NCBI GenBank assembly: GCA_029258795.1
Contig: JAPDKB010000004.1
Coordinates: 67,420-131,419, forward strand
DNA length: 64,000 bases
DNA from: an archaeon
GTDB taxonomy: Archaea; EX4484-52; WAPT01
Direction of reading: 5' to 3'
This document shows positions 57,903-64,000 of the stretch, piece after piece. The notes under the pieces were generated by a model. The model was not told the origin of the DNA. It worked only from the letters and a program-made list of their open reading frames with translations, and did no database searches. Each line of letters opens with the position of its first letter. Position 1 is the first letter of the stretch. Position numbers and translations under genes: made by a program.

Positions 57903-59071
57903 TCACATATTTCTTTGAGAAGCTCCATCACACCCACAAAACGAACTTTCGTTCCTCCAACTCTGATTTCTTTTTTCTCTCCTTTGTAATACACCAAAAA
58001 CGCTTCCTTCGGCTTGTACGTCTTTATGAAGGATAGCATGCTCCTGCTTAGTTTTGGAGTTGTCATGCTGACCTTCACCTCCACTGGAATTATCTCGTTT
58101 TTCTTTTCCAGAACGAAATCAACTTCCGCCTTGCTTTTCGTCCTCCAGTACTTAACCTCCAGCCCTTTTTTCAGAAGCTCCGTGAAAACGTAATTCTCAA
58201 AGGTGCGTCCATCCACTTCAGCTGGATAGTTTTTGAGCAGCATGTTCCTGATCCCAGTGTCCACAAAGTATATCTTCGGTGTTTTGTACAGTTCCTTTGT
58301 TTTGTTTGTGTAATAGGGGAGCACACGTTTTATTATGTAGCTTTTTTCCAGCGCGTCTAGATATTTTTTCAGAGTTAGGAAGGAAATGTTCAGAGTGGAG
58401 CAAATGGTATCGTAGGAGATGAGCTGTCCAGTTGTTGTTGCAAGATACCTAACAAGCTTTTCAAGAGTGTCGAGGTCTTCCACCGAGAACGTTTTTGAAA
58501 TGTCCTTCAGCAGGGTAGTTTCAAACAAATCCCTGAGTATTCTCTCCTTGAGTTCAACATCTTCCGTAAGAACCACCTTAGGATAGCCCCCATACATCAT
58601 GTGCTCCCACACAATCCTCGTCATTATTTTTTCAGTTACTTCTTCGATGCCTTTCGCTCTCATGAATTCCTCGAGGGAGAAGGGATAAAGCCTAATGATA
58701 GACACGCGTCCTACAAGATAAGACAGCACATCCTTTCCAAGAATGATCTCAGATGATGATGTGGTCCAGAGCCTGTACCCCTTATCAGCAAGATACTTCA
58801 GCTTGATGCCCGCATCCCTCCCATACTGTATCTCGTCTATGCCAACTATTCTATCCGGCTTTAGATACTGCTTTTCAAACTTCTTTATGTCAGCATCAAA
58901 AAGCTCCTTCACGTCTGGATCGTCCATCGAGAGATAGATGCCGTTGTTTTCCTCCAGCATTTTTTTAAGGAGTGTGGTTTTGCCGGCTTGCCTTGCCCCG
59001 ACTATTGCCAGAATGTTGTAAACACCTTTTAGCTTTTCGAATACCTTTTCAACCTCTCGATGCACGTACAT
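57899..59071 (-). CDS. AAA+ ATPase with DUF4143 domain
   Basis: GARQAGKTT, IDEIQ, GGYP, KIYFVDTG, EVDFV, PVEVK. Confidence 0.92.
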   Translation of the reverse strand: MYVHREVEKVFEKLKGVYNILAIVGARQAGKTTLLKKMLEENNGIYLSMDDPDVKELFDADIKKFEKQYLKPDRIVGIDEIQYGRDAGIKLKYLADKGYRLWTTSSSEIILGKDVLSYLVGRVSIIRLYPFSLEEFMRAKGIEEVTEKIMTRIVWEHMMYGGYPKVVLTEDVELKERILRDLFETTLLKDISKTFSVEDLDTLEKLVRYLATTTGQLISYDTICSTLNISFLTLKKYLDALEKSYIIKRVLPYYTNKTKELYKTPKIYFVDTGIRNMLLKNYPAEVDGRTFENYVFTELLKKGLEVKYWRTKSKAEVDFVLEKKNEIIPVEVKVSMTTPKLSRSMLSFIKTYKPKEAFLVYYKGEKKEIRVGGTKVRFVGVMELLKEICD

Positions 59072-59160
59072 GTATCCTTACTTAAATTTAATCGTATTTA
59101 AATTTTTCTCCGACTAAAATTTAACCATGATTAAATTTTGGTAGGGTTATAGCAAGGTTT

Positions 59161-60288
59161 TCATTCACCCTCCAAATACAAAGCGAGATGTCCTGATGAT
59201 GTGTCCTTATCCACAAGCTCCAGCTTAATGTCCCTTCCCTCAAATCCGGAAAGCACACCAGAAACCATGCCTCTAAACATCGTGAAGTCAATTTCATCAT
59301 GCCATTGAAGCCACGGGAAATAATCAACATAGATCTGGTAGTGATCCCTCCTTCTCACAGCCAGCATGTCCCCAAAACCCAAAGCTGGGAAGAAATCCAT
59401 GACAAACTTACATGGCTCGTGTAGCTTGCCTGATATGCTCGCTATGTGCTTTCCGAAATCAAAGCTGACATCCCAGAGAACCTTTAACCCGTCCTTGACT
59501 TTCTTCAGCTCTCTCTCCAGTATGTACATGAAGCTTGCCTCGCAAAGAAAGAAGCGTTCATCTTTATAGTTTACCTGTCCGTGCTTGTATTTGAAGAAGC
59601 CGGCATCTATCAGCGTTTTGAGCGAGTTCTTGGCCCATTTAGCCGGCCTTACGGCGTTGAAATTTATGTAGGTCTGCGTTATTTTTCCTTCCTCCAGTTC
59701 CCTACATACATGAGGTTTGTATCCCATCTCAACGAGCACGTCATAAGGCGCGGCAATAACCTCACATTCGTCATCTCCCCTCCCCTGGCATTTTGGCTGC
59801 ACCGCTTCCACACTCTTATCTTCCATGACATAAGACTAAATTCCTGCAATACCACCCGTAGTAAAAATGTATCCAAAACCATTTTTACGACAGATTATGT
59901 AATTGTCCATCTTGGATTGAAAAATGCACTTTTTGAAATCAATTTTGTAACTTATTTTATTGGCATAAACTGCTTCTACAGTTTTAATCAGAAAATTAGA
60001 ATATATTTTAAATGCTTTCGTAGATAATTGTGTTCTTGTCTTGATATTTAACATGCTGCTATAACTATAACCAAAGTTTTTACCTATTTTATAAAGTTTA
60101 GTAGCGTGGTTATCATTTTCATTCAAAAGTTGTGTTTCCAGATTAGAGATGAGTGTCTCTCCTAAGCATATAAGTCGAGCGAATTCATTAGAATCAAACA
60201 TTTTCGCTAGTACATAACCCGAAATATCTATAACTCTCGTTCTAGAGATTAAATTTTTTATAAACCAATTGTATATTTTTTTAGGCAT
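59161..60288 (-). pseudogene. V4R-domain-like gene split by an in-frame TAG at 59838-59836
   Basis: Reads GGIAGI-stop-SYVMEDKSVEAVQPKCQGRGDDECEV in one frame; V4R-like C..RG.D.C motif. Confidence 0.75.
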
Positions 60289-60293
60289 TCTAA

Positions 60294-61160
60294 TTAAAGA
60301 TTAGTTATTGCAAATATTAATAGATTTATGAATAGGATTGTTGGTGTTGCTAAAAGAAATGCGAAATAAGACGATTTATAATCTCTTTTATAAAGCTTTT
60401 TCTGGATTATGAAAAAATAAAATATTATCGGAAAAAGAGATATAAAATACAGTTTTTTAAACATCAAATACGAATATATTAATAAAAACGAATATATTAT
60501 CTCGCATACTAAAAGGAATTTCCTAACTCCGGAATGATCTAGAACCATCGGGAGGGTTATATATCCAGCTTTTTTATCTACATCTATGTCAAAAAAATCT
60601 TTAAGAAATATATGCGTAGAGTAATATATTCCATTTAGTAACAAAAAGTATACAAAATCATTTGTTATGGACGAAGATACACAAAGATATCCACTCAAAA
60701 ACGAAAGTACGCCAGAAGTTATGAAAAATACTATTCCAGTAAGTATGTAATTTCTCCGAGAGAAGTTATATATTGTTCCTACTATAGCGACCGAAAGGAT
60801 ACATGCTAAAAAATATTTACTTATCCTACTTGCAGTAACTAACGAAACAAAGAAAGTAAAAATTATCAAGAATTTAACTACCGACCGATTAGCATTTCCA
60901 GATGCTAATGGCCTATTTTTTTTGTATTTATTTTTTTTATCAATTTTTTCGTCAATTAAAGCATTCGAAGCATAAACAAAATAAATTACAGAAAATGAAG
61001 CTAAAAATCCAATTAAAAATGTAAATAGATCTGTATTCGTTACTTTAAAGTTCGCACCTATTAAATAACCAATAACAAACTTAGATAGTTGCACAATTAT
61101 CATTTCTAAGCGTGGAATTTCTATCAAATATATTCTTAGAATATTAAAAAATCCCGTCAT
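60294..61160 (-). CDS. UbiA-family prenyltransferase (very AT-rich)
   Basis: NALIDEKID..NRPLASG and KDFFDIDVDKKAG..TLP; multiple TM helices. Confidence 0.85.
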   Translation of the reverse strand: MTGFFNILRIYLIEIPRLEMIIVQLSKFVIGYLIGANFKVTNTDLFTFLIGFLASFSVIYFVYASNALIDEKIDKKNKYKKNRPLASGNANRSVVKFLIIFTFFVSLVTASRISKYFLACILSVAIVGTIYNFSRRNYILTGIVFFITSGVLSFLSGYLCVSSSITNDFVYFLLLNGIYYSTHIFLKDFFDIDVDKKAGYITLPMVLDHSGVRKFLLVCEIIYSFLLIYSYLMFKKLYFISLFPIIFYFFIIQKKLYKRDYKSSYFAFLLATPTILFINLLIFAITNL

Positions 61161-61257
61161 TTGACCTAACCCAAATGATGTTTTTCATTTTGACAATATG
61201 ATAATTTAACTGTTGTTTATATAATTTTCATACCTCACTTACCCCAACGACCCCATC

Positions 61258-61929
61258 TTAAACTATCAAATTCTCAATGGCTTTTTTAGGATCTTGCGCC
61301 TTTGCAACAGCTGAAGCCAGAAGCACACCATCCGCTCCAAGCACCAAGCTCTTCTTAACATCAACGCTGTTCTTTATCCCCGCCCCCACCAGAATCTTGA
61401 CGTACTTGTTCACATCCCTGACCTCTTTGACAGTATTCTTAATCACTTCTGGCTTTGCAGTGCTCACCGAAACCTTCCCGCCTATCAGTTCGGGAGGTTC
61501 AACAGCCACCATGTCTATGTCGAAGCACGAAACAGCTTTAGCCTCAAGCGGTGTGTTAGCACATACCAGAGTTTTCAAGCCATGCTTGACGGCAAGCTTC
61601 ACGCACTCATCGATCTGATCAAGCCTCAACCTTCTTTCCGAGTGGTTGAGCATGACTCCATCTGCTCCAGCATCCTTCAAAGCCAGAGGGGTTATGTGAC
61701 CTGTATAAGCTCCATCCTCCACCGGATCCATGTGCTGACCAAAGACCTTGATGGATGATACGCTTGATTTAACCATCCTCAAATCGGTGGGCATCACGCA
61801 AACGAAGATCTCACATCCGTAAGTTTTGCTCACGTCTTCAGCGGCTTTGGTTATCTTCACAGCATTCATGCCTATGGCCTGGGAATAAGCTTTCAGGTTT
61901 ATCCCTATGATCGGCTTACCACTCTCCAT
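61258..61929 (-). CDS. tpiA: Triosephosphate isomerase (archaeal type)
   Basis: INLKAY, QH, LNHSE, AVEPPELIG, GAGI, GVLLAS. Confidence 0.96.
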   Translation of the reverse strand: MESGKPIIGINLKAYSQAIGMNAVKITKAAEDVSKTYGCEIFVCVMPTDLRMVKSSVSSIKVFGQHMDPVEDGAYTGHITPLALKDAGADGVMLNHSERRLRLDQIDECVKLAVKHGLKTLVCANTPLEAKAVSCFDIDMVAVEPPELIGGKVSVSTAKPEVIKNTVKEVRDVNKYVKILVGAGIKNSVDVKKSLVLGADGVLLASAVAKAQDPKKAIENLIV

Positions 61930-61997
61930 AACTCATCACCATGAGAACTTAAGGATTGAGAAACATATATATTTTAGCTTGAAGAAATTTACCAAAC

Positions 61998-62525
61998 ATG
62001 AAGTGGGATTTATTGCCGGGAGAGGTTTTGATTCACGAAGCCAAGGCATCTCATATTTATTTCCTGAAGTATTTCGCGATTGCTGTGCTTTCTTTTATTG
62101 GCTTCCTTTTTCTCATGATTTTTGGCGGTAAGCTTGCGGGAATTGTGCCCTTCTTCGGGATGATAAGGATGCAGCTCGCCTCCTTGTTGCTCATCATTTC
62201 CTTCATCATGTTCGGGTACGTTGAGTTCAAGAGGAACAAGGAGAAGATAGCCCTGACCAACGAGAGAATTCTGATAATGAAGAGGGATCCCAAAACAAGA
62301 AGAATAAGGATAGAGACCATACCGCTGGACAAGCTGATAAGGGTTTCTGTCTACCAGACCGTGTGGCAGAGATTGCTCGGCACAGGAGAGATAGTCTTCC
62401 AGATTCCGGGGGAGACGCACACCTTTGAGCACATAAGAAATCCGAAAGAGCTGGAGAGAGCCGTTTATAGAATTTTGGAGAAGAGTAAATCGTCAAGACA
62501 AGAAATTATTTACAGATCTGCATGA
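61998..62525 (+). CDS. Membrane protein with a bacterial PH domain
   Basis: LLPGE, two TM helices, LTNERI, QRLLGTGEI. Confidence 0.85.
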   Translation: MKWDLLPGEVLIHEAKASHIYFLKYFAIAVLSFIGFLFLMIFGGKLAGIVPFFGMIRMQLASLLLIISFIMFGYVEFKRNKEKIALTNERILIMKRDPKTRRIRIETIPLDKLIRVSVYQTVWQRLLGTGEIVFQIPGETHTFEHIRNPKELERAVYRILEKSKSSRQEIIYRSA

Positions 62526-62643
62526 TATTATGTTACTCTTTTTCTTTACAATTAACTTGTTTGTGATATATTTTCCAAAATCGAAAATAATATATAATGC
62601 CTCACCACGGACTCAAAATTTGACTAAAGATTGTAAGGTGAAA

Positions 62644-63692
62644 ATGATAATGATAGGTTTAGAAATTGAGTTTATGTTACTTGTTTCAATCGCTTTGGTA
62701 TTTATAAGTGTCGGGTTTATTAATTTTAATAGAAAAAATTAGAAGAATTGAACAAAAAAGTTAATGAAACAAAAGAAGAATGGTTAAAAACAAAAGAGGA
62801 AATGGAAAAATCAATAGAGTCAGTAAGACAGGATTGGAATAGATTATTTGAGGCAAATATTAATGCCGTTGCAACAACATATGAAGCTGCAAAAAAACTA
62901 GAAAAAGATAAAGAAAGAATAGCATCACTTGACAAGGAGTTAATGGAAGGAATATATAAAGATATACTAGAGATTCTGCCTGAAATGGAGAATAAACTGG
63001 CCGAAACTCTACAAAAATATGTAGAGAAATATTTTGGTGAAGTCCTCGAAGTTGCAAAGAAATATCGAGCTGACTTAGACAAAGTAGCTAATGATTTTAA
63101 GAAACTTGCAACCGATCTAATTCAAGGTACCAATTATTTTGGGAATTACGTGGAAGCAATCAAAAAAGCGGCAGAGGAAATAATAAGAGGTATAGAAGAA
63201 GAACATAACAAATTCAAAAATGAAATGTATAAAGGACTAGAAGCCAAGAAAAAATTTATAGAATATTTCACAAATGCGCCATCTCTGGAAGAGTTGGATC
63301 AACGCATTAAAAAACTTTATGCTTTTGTTAAAGAAAAGAAGGAACATGACAAATTATACAAGGAAGTAAGAGAGTTGGAAACCGAAATAGAAAATTATAA
63401 GAAAGCACTTGAGGAAGGAGGAAAAAACTATTGCGAAGCCATGAATAAATTAACAAAACGCTATTCACTTTCATCCCAAATTCCTGATGATAATGTGAAT
63501 CCAGAGCGTGCAAAGGACTTGATTAATACTGACGAACAGTATTTAAGTCAGTTAAAGCAGGATATGGGAAGGAAATTAGAAAACATGTACAAAATAGCTG
63601 AAGAGATGGGATTAGGAGAAGATCTTGTTAAATATGTATTGAAATCAAATGAAACACACAATTCTAAAAAGTACTCTAATAACACACAATAG
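62644..63692 (+). CDS. Membrane-anchored coiled-coil protein, split by a -1 frameshift at 62733-62739
   Basis: GGTGA SD, ATG 62644, TM helix, AGA AAA AAT TAG; the -1 frame continues for more than 310 codons. Confidence 0.65.
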
Positions 63693-63743
63693 CAAGGAGT
63701 TATTGAGATTAATTTTTTATACACAGATAACCTTTGAATATTC

Positions 63744-64000
63744 ATGCTCACTATTCCATTTATTATCTTTTTGATTTGCACACTTTTAGCTGTTGGATTG
63801 GGAGTTATTGAAAGTAATTATGATAATGAAAAAAAAGAAGAATATGTAAGAAGGATAACAAGAGAGATCAGTAACTTCATTCTCAAAAAATATGTTGAAA
63901 AAACTAAAACTCCGTATCTTCAAAATCAGACCTATTCCGGGCCAACAGTGGCGTATAAGTTACAGCAGGAAACCTCAAAACATGAAGAAAACAATCAAAC
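63744..64000 (+). CDS. Partial hypothetical membrane-anchored protein (runs off the window)
   Basis: MLTIPFIIFLICTLLAVGLGV..., open to the window end. Confidence 0.5.
   Translation, partial: MLTIPFIIFLICTLLAVGLGVIESNYDNEKKEEYVRRITREISNFILKKYVEKTKTPYLQNQTYSGPTVAYKLQQETSKHEENNQ

Overview
Gene-dense archaeal chromosome segment, most likely from a DPANN archaeon (Aenigmarchaeota-like; the lineage is inferred from gene families and compaction, not from a database search). Core genes include tRNA-Val(TAC), tRNA-Ser(GCT) with a BHB intron in the T-loop, carS, truD, taw3, pelota, NOG1 and RbgA GTPases, a split ADP-forming acetate-CoA ligase, prs, tpiA, a trxB/NAD kinase/malic enzyme cluster, endonuclease Q and AmrA/AmrS. 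Several AT-richer accessory islets are interspersed. The most notable unexplained elements: (1) an array of five paralogous two-beta-sandwich surface proteins (38.9-47 kb); (2) a promoter- and terminator-bounded ~180-nt structured RNA at 26.05-26.23 kb; (3) a one-gene cassette between perfect 39-bp direct repeats that duplicate a gene 3' end; (4) two membrane-tethered wHTH regulators with shared TGTTTCA upstream repeats; (5) a tRNA-minihelix-like hairpin; (6) a dispersed TGGGAAATTTATCCCAT motif; (7) a CDP-alcohol phosphotransferase-Pth2 fusion; (8) a candidate -1 frameshift at A-AAA-AAT. All family assignments come from motif recognition by eye. No CRISPR array, rRNA, integrase or transposase was recognised.
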